From assembly GCA_963662285.2 (NCBI GenBank), contig CAXXMV010000008.1, forward strand, positions 1,024,001 through 1,088,000: a stretch of DNA of 64,000 bases, read 5' to 3'. The stretch comes from a bacterium. Lineage in GTDB: Bacteria > Hinthialibacterota > Hinthialibacteria > Hinthialibacterales > Hinthialibacteraceae. Positions 36,818-46,749 of the stretch are shown piece after piece; position 1 is the stretch's first letter, and each line of letters starts with the position of its first letter. Made by a program: the position numbers and the translations under genes. The notes beneath the pieces are model-generated. The model ran no database searches. It saw only the letters and a program-made list of their open reading frames with translations, and was not told where the DNA came from.

Positions 36818-37119
36818 TGAAATATATCATCATTTTCTCGATAAAAATATTGAACAATATATCTAATAACATATTTCCTAAGATAATTTAAGTTGATAAA
36901 TATCTTATTGAGCACTTTTATTAATACTCACTCTTCTATCATTACTCTCTGCGGTTATTCAAAAGACGTTATGAAAAGAAATCGAACGATGGGGGGAAGA
37001 GGATACAGATACAAGGATTTTACCGGGATTCAGAATAGTCGTGAACGAATAAGCAATACAATTCTGGCACGTTTTGACACAGTGTACATGTAAACTAATT
37101 TCTGCCATTGCTCCAAGAC

Positions 37120-37147
37120 AAAAAAAAACCCTGATTTCTCAGGGGTT
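37120..37147 (-). terminator. Intrinsic terminator after tRNA-Pro
   Basis: Minus strand AACCCCTGA-GAAA-TCAGGG followed by a T9 run. Confidence 0.75.
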
Positions 37148-37156
37148 AAATTTTAA

Positions 37157-37230
37157 TCGGGGCGAATGGATTCGAACCATCGACCTTCTACTCCCGAAGC
37201 AGACACGCTACCAGGCTGCGCTACGCCCCG
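37157..37230 (-). tRNA. tRNA-Pro (anticodon CGG); CCA not encoded
   Basis: CGGGGCGTAGCGCAGCCTGGTAGCGTGTCTGCTTCGGGAGTAGAAGGTCGATGGTTCGAATCCATTCGCCCCGA folds into a cloverleaf with a GTTCGAATC T-loop. Confidence 0.97.
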
Positions 37231-37585
37231 AATATATTTATTATTTCTTATAGCGGATAATCCTAATTTCAAACCGTATTTTCATCAAGAGGCTTGAGGA
37301 CTATTAAACATATCCTTCAGACATTTTATCAGAGAATTGATGGTTATTAGAGAGATTCGCAGAGTTATATCCGTTCACAATTGCCTTTGGCCATGATAAA
37401 ACGCAATATTAAAGATTATTTGATCCAATTATTATTCAGATTAATCAAGTTTTAATGTACTATCTTGTTACAAATACTTATTGCCCTGTCGAGTAATGCC
37501 TTTTAAGAATATTATTCTTAAACGTTTTATTACTATTTACTGGAATCTCTTAAATAAATTAGCTCATATTATTGGTGGTTAAATC

Positions 37586-38782
37586 ATGGCCCAGAAGAAA
37601 CAGAAGCACAAAATCGATGTGGATGAAGTTCTTAGAACTCTACATATAAAAAATGAGAAATTTGCATCTTTATTAGATGATGAATTAATGGAACTGATGA
37701 CCGCTGATGCAGAGGTTAAAGAATATTTAACCGGAGAACCGCTGGTAAAACAACACGAGCCATCGGACGCTCTTTTTATTCTGCTTAAAGGGCGTTGCGC
37801 CATTATCGTCAACGATAAACCGATCAGCCATCTGGTAGCGGGCGACATGGTTGGCGAGATGGGGTTGCTGCAAAACACGCCCCGCACCGCCACCGTCACC
37901 CCGGTTGAACCTTCCAGCGCCATGCGCATCCCCAAAGACGCTTTCATAAAAATGACCAAGAATCCTCAGTTATCATCCTGGTTGATAGGCATGTTGACCG
38001 AACGCTTAAAGCGGAGTTCTCATAATACGGCTCACGCCTTAAAAGAGATGGAAGAGATCATGGAAGACCACATGGAACTGGGTCGCGTCCAACGCTCTCT
38101 GCTGCCCAAAGAGATGCCCCAGGATCCACGCTTCCGCATTCATGTGCTCTATGAGCCTTGCGCTTATGTGGGCGGCGACTATTACGACGCCATTATGGTC
38201 GACGATGATCATCTGGTTTTTATCGTGGCCGACGTGACCGGTCATGGAGCGCAAGCTTCTATCTCTATGGCCATCGTGCGTTCGTTCATCCACCAGGGCA
38301 ATCTGAGCAAATCACCCGGCGCCATACTAAAAAAGTTAAACCGGCATCTGTTTGAATATGGCCCGTCCCAACATTTCGTCACATCACAAGTGGCTATACT
38401 CAATCTCAAAAAAGGCCAACTGCATTACGCATACGCCGGTCACCCGCCTATAATGCACCTGCGCGATGGAGTCTGTAAAGCGCTCAAAGGATCGCGCTCT
38501 TTCTTTCTACGCTTTAAGTTAGACGCGGAATTCAAATCTTCTACGATTACGCTGAAACCCGGCGACAGGGTGGCGTTTTACACGGATGGTCCAATAGAAA
38601 TGTTTGACGCCGAAGGCACAATGTTTAATATTGAAGGTTTGCAAAAATTTATGGTCGACTCGAAGGATAAGCAGATTGCCAGCCTACCCGGTGAATTAGA
38701 AACTACCCTGCACCGTTTTAGAGAAGGCAGCCCGGTTGAAGATGACATGACCTTTATGGTGCTCGAAACGACTAAAGAGTGA
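37586..38782 (+). CDS. Cyclic-nucleotide-binding domain fused to a PP2C/SpoIIE (RsbU-like) phosphatase
   Basis: GDMVGEMGLLQNTPRTATV (cNMP domain); VGGDYYD, ADVTGHG, YAGHPP, YTDG, DDMT (SpoIIE domain). Confidence 0.93.
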   Translation: MAQKKQKHKIDVDEVLRTLHIKNEKFASLLDDELMELMTADAEVKEYLTGEPLVKQHEPSDALFILLKGRCAIIVNDKPISHLVAGDMVGEMGLLQNTPRTATVTPVEPSSAMRIPKDAFIKMTKNPQLSSWLIGMLTERLKRSSHNTAHALKEMEEIMEDHMELGRVQRSLLPKEMPQDPRFRIHVLYEPCAYVGGDYYDAIMVDDDHLVFIVADVTGHGAQASISMAIVRSFIHQGNLSKSPGAILKKLNRHLFEYGPSQHFVTSQVAILNLKKGQLHYAYAGHPPIMHLRDGVCKALKGSRSFFLRFKLDAEFKSSTITLKPGDRVAFYTDGPIEMFDAEGTMFNIEGLQKFMVDSKDKQIASLPGELETTLHRFREGSPVEDDMTFMVLETTKE

Positions 38783-40389
38783 AATCTATTTCATCTTTAC
38801 CCATAGTTCATTCAATCCCCCGATGGTGGAGGAGACCGGACTATGTCTACCCGTTATTGCTTTTATTAGTAATTATCGCTTACTACGGCGTATTGGCCGG
38901 ACCTCATTGGATCACCTACCGATTCACCACATGGGATTCCCTGCGCGACGCCATAAATTCCCGTCACCTTCTAGAGGGAGGCGGCCTGTTATCCGATCCT
39001 GTATTGAGTGGATATTATAGTTGGTATCCACCAACCCATGCAGCATTAATGGCGGGTTACTCCAGCCTGTTTAACGCCGACCTGATTAAGGTTTACGCCG
39101 TATTTACCGCAACATTCAATTGGAGCGCCATACTGGCTTTCTATTTTCTCAGTTACCGTTTAACCAATCGTAATCCGCATGCCTCATTTGCTGCTACGCT
39201 CACTTTATGCGCTTTACCCTGGTATGTCACTTACGTCATGGCGTCCCCGACCGTGATGGCTCATGGCAGCGCTTTGTCGCTAATACTATTAGCCGCATTC
39301 GTTTTTCATGCTGATTCATTATCGTGGAAGACGATTTGCATTTTCGCATTATGCTGCGGGATTATGGGATTATTTCATCCCCCGACTTTTCTGATTATTC
39401 TGAGCGCCTTCTCTTTATTCTGGTTTATCCGCATCCGGCACAGTTTCTTTGCTTGGGAGACCATTCTGCAAGCGGCGCTCTTCACATCCATTGCATTAGC
39501 CGCAGCCTCGCCCTATTGGCTGAGCCAGATTCTTCAACCAGTTCGCAATCCAGACCCTATTGGTTATATCGCCCCGGCGCTTTATCATCTCGAATTCATC
39601 CTGCCCGGCAAAAGTCAGCTTCGCTGCATCCCGATTATGGTTCTGGCATTGGCTGGTTTGATTCTTACCCTGAAACGAAGACATCAACCAGTCTATGAAT
39701 TTTTATTAGCCATATTAGGAATATCAATCCTCGGACAAATCCCGCCCTATCTTCTTAAGTATCTGCAAAACACCAATACTGAATCGTATAACTCCATGCT
39801 GGAAAAACTCCCAGTCTTAGTCCCGCATGAATTTCAACTTTACGCCCAACTGACAGTAGCTCTATTCGCAGGACTTGGATTATCCTGGTTCCTTGGTTTG
39901 AAAATCTCACTAAAAATTCGCTCTATTATTTGCAGCATTTTAATCATTGCTTTATCCGCCAGCCTCTTCTTATGCATCACAGAAATCCCCCAACACAGCA
40001 AACTCTTTCTGTGGCCCTACCGGGAAAAAGGCGAATGGGATGGAGTCACGCAATTCATCCGTCAAAACACTGATGTTGATGACGTCATTTGCGCTCCTGA
40101 CGACCACTCCAGTTTCTTCGTCATAGGAGTGCGAACCGGACGCAAGACGCTTCACTCTTACCCTTCGCATTGCAATCCACGGGCTGATATGGAATCACGG
40201 CGCCAAGCGCGGGATGATATCTATTACACCGCAGAGAAAGACTCTATTCGTCAATACGCCCTAACATACAATATCCGTTATCTACTAGTCAGTCGAAAAC
40301 TAGTCGATCCCAACCGAATAAAACTCTTTCAGAAATGGTTTAAAGTATTGTATGATGATGACATCGTTGCTTTGATGGAGTTGATATAA
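38779..40389 (+). CDS. Multi-pass membrane protein, probable GT-C fold glycosyltransferase
   Basis: About 12 TM segments, periplasmic loop DPVLSGYYSWYPP, C-terminal soluble domain FIRQNTDVDDVI...YNIRYLLV; GTGA overlap with the upstream gene. Confidence 0.65.
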   Translation: MKSISSLPIVHSIPRWWRRPDYVYPLLLLLVIIAYYGVLAGPHWITYRFTTWDSLRDAINSRHLLEGGGLLSDPVLSGYYSWYPPTHAALMAGYSSLFNADLIKVYAVFTATFNWSAILAFYFLSYRLTNRNPHASFAATLTLCALPWYVTYVMASPTVMAHGSALSLILLAAFVFHADSLSWKTICIFALCCGIMGLFHPPTFLIILSAFSLFWFIRIRHSFFAWETILQAALFTSIALAAASPYWLSQILQPVRNPDPIGYIAPALYHLEFILPGKSQLRCIPIMVLALAGLILTLKRRHQPVYEFLLAILGISILGQIPPYLLKYLQNTNTESYNSMLEKLPVLVPHEFQLYAQLTVALFAGLGLSWFLGLKISLKIRSIICSILIIALSASLFLCITEIPQHSKLFLWPYREKGEWDGVTQFIRQNTDVDDVICAPDDHSSFFVIGVRTGRKTLHSYPSHCNPRADMESRRQARDDIYYTAEKDSIRQYALTYNIRYLLVSRKLVDPNRIKLFQKWFKVLYDDDIVALMELI

Positions 40390-40433
40390 AAATAACGCTT
40401 TATGACACAGTGATTTATCCGGGATCGACTATT

Positions 40434-41747
40434 ATGAAAAAAATTTTAACCTGCATACTATTTTTCACCACTATCCATATCCAAGCCGCCAATCGATATG
40501 ACAATCTGGGCGGATTAATGAGTGTGTCATCTGAACCGCGCAGTTTCTTTTATATTGAGCAGATCAATGACGTCTGGTGGTTTATAGATCCCGGCGGCAA
40601 AGCCTTTATCTCCAAGGGCGTAAACCATATTTCTTACACTGCTGATTTCTCTCCAGCGCTGAAATACAGCCCCTACGCTAAAACCACTCAAGAGAAATAT
40701 GGAACCCAAAAAGAATGGGCTACAGAAACGGCGCAACGTTTACGCGCATGGGGATTCAATACTATCGGCGCATGGTCCAACGAGATCATGCGCAACCAAC
40801 AGATTCCCTACACCGTGATTCTGAACATCGCCTCACGCGCTGGAGGAGATTGGGAAAAGGGCGTATTCCCGGATGTCTATTCTTCAAAATTCCGGCAAGC
40901 CGCCCGCCATTTAGCCCAAACCCAATGCCAGAAACGACGGGATGATATCTACCTTCTCGGTTATTTCACCGATAACGAACTGCGTTGGGGACCCGATTGG
41001 CGCTCTCAGGAATCGCTATTGATTTCCTATCTCAAATTCAAACCCAAAACGGACGGAAATGAGAAAGCTATTGAATTCCTCAATGAACGCTATCCCGATA
41101 TCAAAGCCTTTAATCAAGCTTGGGGTATTGATGTCGAATCCTATGATCAAGTCACCCAATTGAAAGAAATCCCCAAAAGTCAGAAACGCCAAGATGATGA
41201 AGACGCCTTTCAAGAGCAAATCGCCCGGCAATACTTTATTATTTGCCGGGACGCTATCAAGAAATACGATCCCAATCACCTGATCCTGGGCTGCCGCTTT
41301 GCTGGATACGCTCCCAAACCAGTTCTGCTGGGTATGAAGGATTCAGTTGACGCAATATCATATAATTCATATAGTTATAGACCACCGGATAATCTGCTTA
41401 AGCGAATTTACGATATTACCGGAAAACCGATTCTAATCGGAGAATTCTCTTTTAAAGCGATGGATTCGGGTTTACCCAACACCAAGGGCGCGGGTAAAGC
41501 AGTAAAAACCCAAAAAGACCGCGCCGCAGGATTCACGGGATACGTCAGCGACCTGATGAAATTGCCGTATATGATAGGTTATCACTGGTTCGAATATACC
41601 GACGAACCGGCTGAAGGACGCTTCGATGGAGAAAACAGCAACTACGGCGTGGTTAATATCAAAGATGAACCTTGGGAAATTCTAACTGAAGAGATGACCC
41701 GTACTAATAATACTATTGAAAATATTCATCTTAAAAACGACCAATAA
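40434..41747 (+). CDS. Secreted glycoside hydrolase, GH50/agarase-like TIM barrel
   Basis: WWFIDPGG, RLRAWGFNTIGAWS, GYFTDNELRW, DPNHLILGCRF, KPILIGEFSF, GRFDGENSNYG; signal peptide from ATG 40434. Confidence 0.8.
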   Translation: MKKILTCILFFTTIHIQAANRYDNLGGLMSVSSEPRSFFYIEQINDVWWFIDPGGKAFISKGVNHISYTADFSPALKYSPYAKTTQEKYGTQKEWATETAQRLRAWGFNTIGAWSNEIMRNQQIPYTVILNIASRAGGDWEKGVFPDVYSSKFRQAARHLAQTQCQKRRDDIYLLGYFTDNELRWGPDWRSQESLLISYLKFKPKTDGNEKAIEFLNERYPDIKAFNQAWGIDVESYDQVTQLKEIPKSQKRQDDEDAFQEQIARQYFIICRDAIKKYDPNHLILGCRFAGYAPKPVLLGMKDSVDAISYNSYSYRPPDNLLKRIYDITGKPILIGEFSFKAMDSGLPNTKGAGKAVKTQKDRAAGFTGYVSDLMKLPYMIGYHWFEYTDEPAEGRFDGENSNYGVVNIKDEPWEILTEEMTRTNNTIENIHLKNDQ

Positions 41748-41823
41748 CCTGATGCCCGACTGACTACCAGTTATCTTGTTTGACGGAATGCCTTTTTTTA
41801 TATGATTCGAGAGGGAGAATTAC

Positions 41824-44259
41824 ATGATGTCATGCTATAAGCGATTGGCTATTATTCTGTTAATGGGCTGGTTTATTCAACTAAATACTATTCAAGCGCA
41901 ACAGTTGAATCGACCTCAACCAGTGGGTTTTGATCCCTCAACTTCAGCTGTTCAACCAGCCCAAAACCAACCGGCAGCCTACCCGCAAACAACTACTAAT
42001 AAATCCAGCTCACCATCATCAGCGACTAGCGTCAGCCTTGCTCCTATGACGCAGCCTGCTGCAAAAACGCTCTACATTTTTGATACGGAAAAATATTTGC
42101 TTAAACAACCAGAGAATAAGAGTTGGCAATATGACGTCATCAATCTGGTCACCACATTACAAGGTTTGGTTAATCGACAACAGCCCCAACTTTATCAATT
42201 ATACGTACGTGAACGCCTCTCAACCAATAATATGAATGTCGACCAATATTGGTTGCAGATTTTACGGGGATCAGACGGCTACCTTTCCGATTACACACTG
42301 GTTCATATAGCTACCATTGAAGAATTACTTGATATTTTCCGCGACTATTACTCGGCTGTTGTTCTATGGGATCAGGAACTTCCAGCGACGGGCAATTTAG
42401 CTCTGACCATCTGCGGCGCCGATGGTTGGCTGCCAGTGCGATACGATCCCTCGCCCGATTCACTTTATACCCAAGTTGTTGCAGGAGGGCCGGAATTACC
42501 CCCGCAATTAAACTTATCCGGTCGTTTCACGGGCGTAGGATTCATTCCCAATACCAACGAAACGCAAAAGAGTACTGAAACCGCCAAAACCGACGCCTAT
42601 CTGTGGTTAAAACAAATGTACCTGGAAAGTGGGCTGTGTGCGCCGAATTATCTGGCTTTCTATCTTGATCCACACGATTGGGATCCCAAAGCGCCGGGTT
42701 ATCAATACCCCGATTTGGACAACTGCTCTATCGTCAATCATGATTACTATATTGGCAAGAAGGCTTTTTTCCTGGATATGGATCCATTTTTCGATGAGTT
42801 CGCTACTGATATATTCGTAGACAATCCATTCAACAAAGGCAAAGACCGTTCCATCCTTGATAGCATTCTACTATCCGCCTATCAAAATACTCCCGGCGAT
42901 GACCGTTTACTCCGGATTGGCGGTTTTATACCATGGTGGATCAAATACAGTTCCGAATATTTACATCCCGGCGGTCGAACCAGTCTTCATACCCGCTCCG
43001 AAGCATCCGAGTTATTTATCAGCCTTATGTCGAGATACAATGGCATCATCGATGCTGATCGAACGCCATTCGCTTCAATCGCCAACTCCTCCGTTTTTCA
43101 GCATATCCCACTAAAAAACAGGTATTTCCAGAATCCCGTGCCCCATACAGGAATACTCGAACCGAATACCAATTATATTTTGTTCTCTATCGGAGATTTC
43201 AATTCATCCGCCCAGCTATATCAAACAATCCCCAGTTTATGGCAGGATTCAATGCGCGGTGAATTACCAATCACCTGGTCTATTGCTCCAATCTTAAGTG
43301 AACGGGTTCCTCATATATTTGATTTTCTTTACAAAACCCGAACGGATAACGATTATTTCGTTTCTGGAACGCCGGGAGCAGGGCTTTGTTACATCAACAA
43401 TTTCATCCCTCAAAATCGGCCTGAAGGATTAGAAAATGGTCTATATTTCTGGGAAAAAATATCAAAAATGCTATATCGTAAATTTGATTTACGAACCACT
43501 CTGGCGGGCGATTTATCAACCGATGTTCGCACCGTGACTTTTTCTGAAGACCTGCAACGCGCTTTCAAATCTTTCTCTCCCCACGGCGTAGGGGTTCTTA
43601 AACGCTATCAGACGCCTCTGATAGATAATATATTGCCTTTCACCCTCGAAAACGCGAATTATCTTTCTAAAATGCCCGATTTCGAGATTGTCATACAACG
43701 CATTCTATCTGTAAGCAAAAAAGATGAACCGAGTTTCCAGATTTACCGTTTTAACAACGCAAATCCAACTACTCTATTTTTGCTATACAAAGAACTAGTC
43801 CAGAATTATTCGGATGAGTACAGATTTAAAATTGTCGATCCATTCACCTTCTTCTACCTGCTTCGTCAATCATACAGCGGCAACGATCCCTCCTCTAATT
43901 TCCTCATCCCTGAGTTTCTTTCCCATACTATTCCTATGGAAATGGAACAGGGAAAAACCTATCAAACTACAGTAACTTTGAGAAATGATGGCTGGGACAT
44001 CTGGAATCCTGCCAATATTAATCCCAATCAACGTTACCGTCTTACCTATAAATGGTTTGAAGAAAGTCAAGAAATTTCTACTATTGGAACCCATGACGCC
44101 TATGTCAACGGGCCAGTCCTGCCCAACGACCAGACAACCCTGGTGCTCAATATTCAAAGCCCCGAAAAAAGCGGATTATACCGCCTGGTTCTGATATATG
44201 GCCAGGAAAATGTCCGTGAATCATATTTGGATAAAGAACTACTAATATTTATCAACTAA
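41824..44259 (+). CDS. GxGYxYP-family putative glycoside hydrolase with a C-terminal Ig-like domain
   Basis: TTLQGLVNRQQPQLY, VDQYWL, GDFNS, WQDSMRGELPITW, TDNDYFVSGTPGAGLCY; C-terminal VTLRNDGWDIW...YRLTYKW. Confidence 0.7.
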   Translation: MMSCYKRLAIILLMGWFIQLNTIQAQQLNRPQPVGFDPSTSAVQPAQNQPAAYPQTTTNKSSSPSSATSVSLAPMTQPAAKTLYIFDTEKYLLKQPENKSWQYDVINLVTTLQGLVNRQQPQLYQLYVRERLSTNNMNVDQYWLQILRGSDGYLSDYTLVHIATIEELLDIFRDYYSAVVLWDQELPATGNLALTICGADGWLPVRYDPSPDSLYTQVVAGGPELPPQLNLSGRFTGVGFIPNTNETQKSTETAKTDAYLWLKQMYLESGLCAPNYLAFYLDPHDWDPKAPGYQYPDLDNCSIVNHDYYIGKKAFFLDMDPFFDEFATDIFVDNPFNKGKDRSILDSILLSAYQNTPGDDRLLRIGGFIPWWIKYSSEYLHPGGRTSLHTRSEASELFISLMSRYNGIIDADRTPFASIANSSVFQHIPLKNRYFQNPVPHTGILEPNTNYILFSIGDFNSSAQLYQTIPSLWQDSMRGELPITWSIAPILSERVPHIFDFLYKTRTDNDYFVSGTPGAGLCYINNFIPQNRPEGLENGLYFWEKISKMLYRKFDLRTTLAGDLSTDVRTVTFSEDLQRAFKSFSPHGVGVLKRYQTPLIDNILPFTLENANYLSKMPDFEIVIQRILSVSKKDEPSFQIYRFNNANPTTLFLLYKELVQNYSDEYRFKIVDPFTFFYLLRQSYSGNDPSSNFLIPEFLSHTIPMEMEQGKTYQTTVTLRNDGWDIWNPANINPNQRYRLTYKWFEESQEISTIGTHDAYVNGPVLPNDQTTLVLNIQSPEKSGLYRLVLIYGQENVRESYLDKELLIFIN

Positions 44260-44522
44260 GTCTATAATGAATCATTGTGAACATGAATCAAACAATTTTC
44301 AAAACGATTTTGAATGATATTTTCTATATCTTTAATTAAGTTAAATTCCTAATAAACGATACTTATCCATTGAATTATCTGGTTATTAGTGAAAAAATCT
44401 CGTTAGAAAATAATAGAAAGAACGCAACCGATTTAATAAGCAATATTTTTCACATAAAATAATAAACTGTTGCGCTGTTTCTCAAAAATACAAAAATAAA
44501 AAAGAATCGAGTTAATAATAGA

Positions 44523-44972
44523 ATGGATTTTGAATTCATTGAACGCGTTGTTAGATTAGTCGAAGAGGCTGAGATTGGCGAGTTAGAACTCAAGTCAGAA
44601 GAAGGTCTGCATCTGATTGTAAAAAAACAATCCGATCTTCATTTTGCCGCCCCGGTCATGCCTCAAATGATGGCTGGCGCCATGCCTGCTCCCACAGCGC
44701 CAGCTGCGCCTGCCGCTGCTCCGGAAGATGATTCTATAGAATTAATCAAGTCGCCCATGGTAGGAACCTTCTACTGTGCGCCAGCTCCAGATGCTCCGCC
44801 ATTCGTTGAACCGGGTAATGTGGTTCAGACCAGCACCGTGGTCTGCATTCTCGAAGCCATGAAAGTCATGAACGAAATTAAAGCCGGTATATCAGGAACC
44901 ATTCAGGAAGTCATGGTGGAAAACGGTCAACCAGTCGAATTCGGCCAGGCCCTTTTCAAAATCAAGAAATAA
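44523..44972 (+). CDS. accB: Biotin carboxyl carrier protein of acetyl-CoA carboxylase
   Basis: [19 protein letters not shown] biotinylation motif, Ala/Pro linker. Confidence 0.97.
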   Translation: MDFEFIERVVRLVEEAEIGELELKSEEGLHLIVKKQSDLHFAAPVMPQMMAGAMPAPTAPAAPAAAPEDDSIELIKSPMVGTFYCAPAPDAPPFVEPGNVVQTSTVVCILEAMKVMNEIKAGISGTIQEVMVENGQPVEFGQALFKIKK

Positions 44973-45204
44973 CTCTTTGTTTCATGCCGTTATGATTTGC
45001 ATCTTCCATAGTTCCACCAGATTCAATTTTATATTTGGCATTCAATATATAGATGAGTCAACGGTTGGGCGGGATATTCATAAGAACAGTTCTCAAAAAT
45101 ATATTTGCATTCAATTATGTTATATCTTCCCGAAAGTCGATAACCGGCTTTTGGGAGATGCTTAAATAAACTTAATTGATCAAATCACTCTAAAGAGACT
45201 AAGA

Positions 45205-46566
45205 ATGTTTAAAAAAATTCTAATCGCCAATCGCGGCGAAATAGCTTTACGCATAATTCGCGCTTGCAAGGAACTGGGTATTTCAACCGTTGCGGTTTAT
45301 TCCATAGCAGACCGGGATTCGCTCCATGTCCGCTTTGCTGATGAAGCTGTCTGCATCGGACCTCCGGCGCCGGCAGACTCATACCTTAACATTGCCCGTA
45401 TTATTTCCGCCGCCGAAATCACCGACTCAGAAGCAATCCATCCCGGTTACGGCTTCCTGGCCGAAAATCCCGGATTCGCTGAAATTTGTAATTCCTGTAA
45501 AATTGTCTTCATCGGACCTTCTCCCGAGGCCATCAATATGATGGGTGATAAATCCATCGCCCGCTCTACTATGGCCAAAGAGGGCATTCCAACCATTCCC
45601 GGCTCTAAGGGTATTATTGAATGCGCCGAGGAAGCGGTTAATCTGGCTAATAAAATCGGATACCCCGTCATGGTCAAAGCCGCTTCCGGCGGAGGGGGAC
45701 GCGGCATGCGCACGGCTCATACCGACGTCAGCCTGGTGCAGTCTTTTATCACTGCTCAAGCTGAAGCCGAAAAAGCCTTTGGCGACCAACGGCTCTATCT
45801 CGAAAAGATGATCGTTGATCCACACCACGTCGAAATCCAGATTCTGGCCGATCAGCAAGGCAATATTATTCATTTAGGCGAACGCGACTGTTCTTTGCAG
45901 CGACGCCATCAAAAAGTCGTTGAAGAATCTCCTTCTCCCGCAGTGGATGACGATCTAAGAAAACGCATGGGTGACATGGCTATCCAATGCGCTAAAGCCG
46001 TTAACTATTACAGCGCCGGCACTATAGAGTTTCTGCTGGATAAAGACAATAATTTCTATTTCATGGAAATGAACACCCGCGTCCAGGTCGAACATCCGGT
46101 AACCGAAATGGTCTCTGGCGTGGATGTTATTAAAGAGCAGATTCGCATTGCGGCAGGCGAACCGCTCACCCTTAAGCAGGAAGAGATCATCCTTCGTGGA
46201 CATGCCATCGAATGCCGCATAAATGCGGAAGACCCGGCCAATCAGTATCTTCCCTGCCCCGGCAAGATCACCGCTTTCCATATGCCCGGCGGTCCCGGCA
46301 TCAGAGTTGATTCTCACGCTTATGCTGAATATGTCGTCCCCCCGTTTTATGATTCTTTGATTGCCAAATTATGCGCTTACGGCAAGGATCGTGAAGAGGC
46401 CATTATTAAAATGCGCCGCGCACTGGACGAATTCATCGTTGAAGGCATCCCCACTACCATCCCCCTGCATCAAAAGATAATGCAGGATTCCGGTTTCACC
46501 TCTGGTAAATTCAACACCGGACACCTGGATTCAATCCACAAACGCTTTGAGAAGGATCATTCATAA
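45205..46566 (+). CDS. accC: Biotin carboxylase
   Basis: [65 protein letters not shown]. Confidence 0.98.
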   Translation: MFKKILIANRGEIALRIIRACKELGISTVAVYSIADRDSLHVRFADEAVCIGPPAPADSYLNIARIISAAEITDSEAIHPGYGFLAENPGFAEICNSCKIVFIGPSPEAINMMGDKSIARSTMAKEGIPTIPGSKGIIECAEEAVNLANKIGYPVMVKAASGGGGRGMRTAHTDVSLVQSFITAQAEAEKAFGDQRLYLEKMIVDPHHVEIQILADQQGNIIHLGERDCSLQRRHQKVVEESPSPAVDDDLRKRMGDMAIQCAKAVNYYSAGTIEFLLDKDNNFYFMEMNTRVQVEHPVTEMVSGVDVIKEQIRIAAGEPLTLKQEEIILRGHAIECRINAEDPANQYLPCPGKITAFHMPGGPGIRVDSHAYAEYVVPPFYDSLIAKLCAYGKDREEAIIKMRRALDEFIVEGIPTTIPLHQKIMQDSGFTSGKFNTGHLDSIHKRFEKDHS

Positions 46567-46605
46567 TATCAAAGCATCTCCAATTGCTCAAATCAAACAT
46601 TATAC

Positions 46606-46637
46606 AAAACCGCGTCTCTTCCAGACGCGGTTTTTTT
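46606..46637 (+). terminator. Intrinsic terminator after accC
   Basis: AAAACCGCGTCT-cttcc-AGACGCGGTTTTTTT. Confidence 0.88.
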
Positions 46638-46749
46638 ATCATTGTAATGAAAAAAACCAAGACCTTTAGTATTGCGGTATGATCCGCAATAATAGTACAA
46701 AGCATCTAGATATATTGAAACGAATCTTTCTTGCTAAAGGATAAAAACA

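Noticed and set aside
36893-37110. Small ORFs between the YdbH-like gene and the tRNA
   Set aside because: Short, with no recognisable motifs; more likely promoter or spacer DNA.
44973-45204. 62-aa ORF or structured RNA in the 232-bp accB-accC gap
   Set aside because: No RBS, recognisable protein or convincing stem-loop; treated as a spacer.
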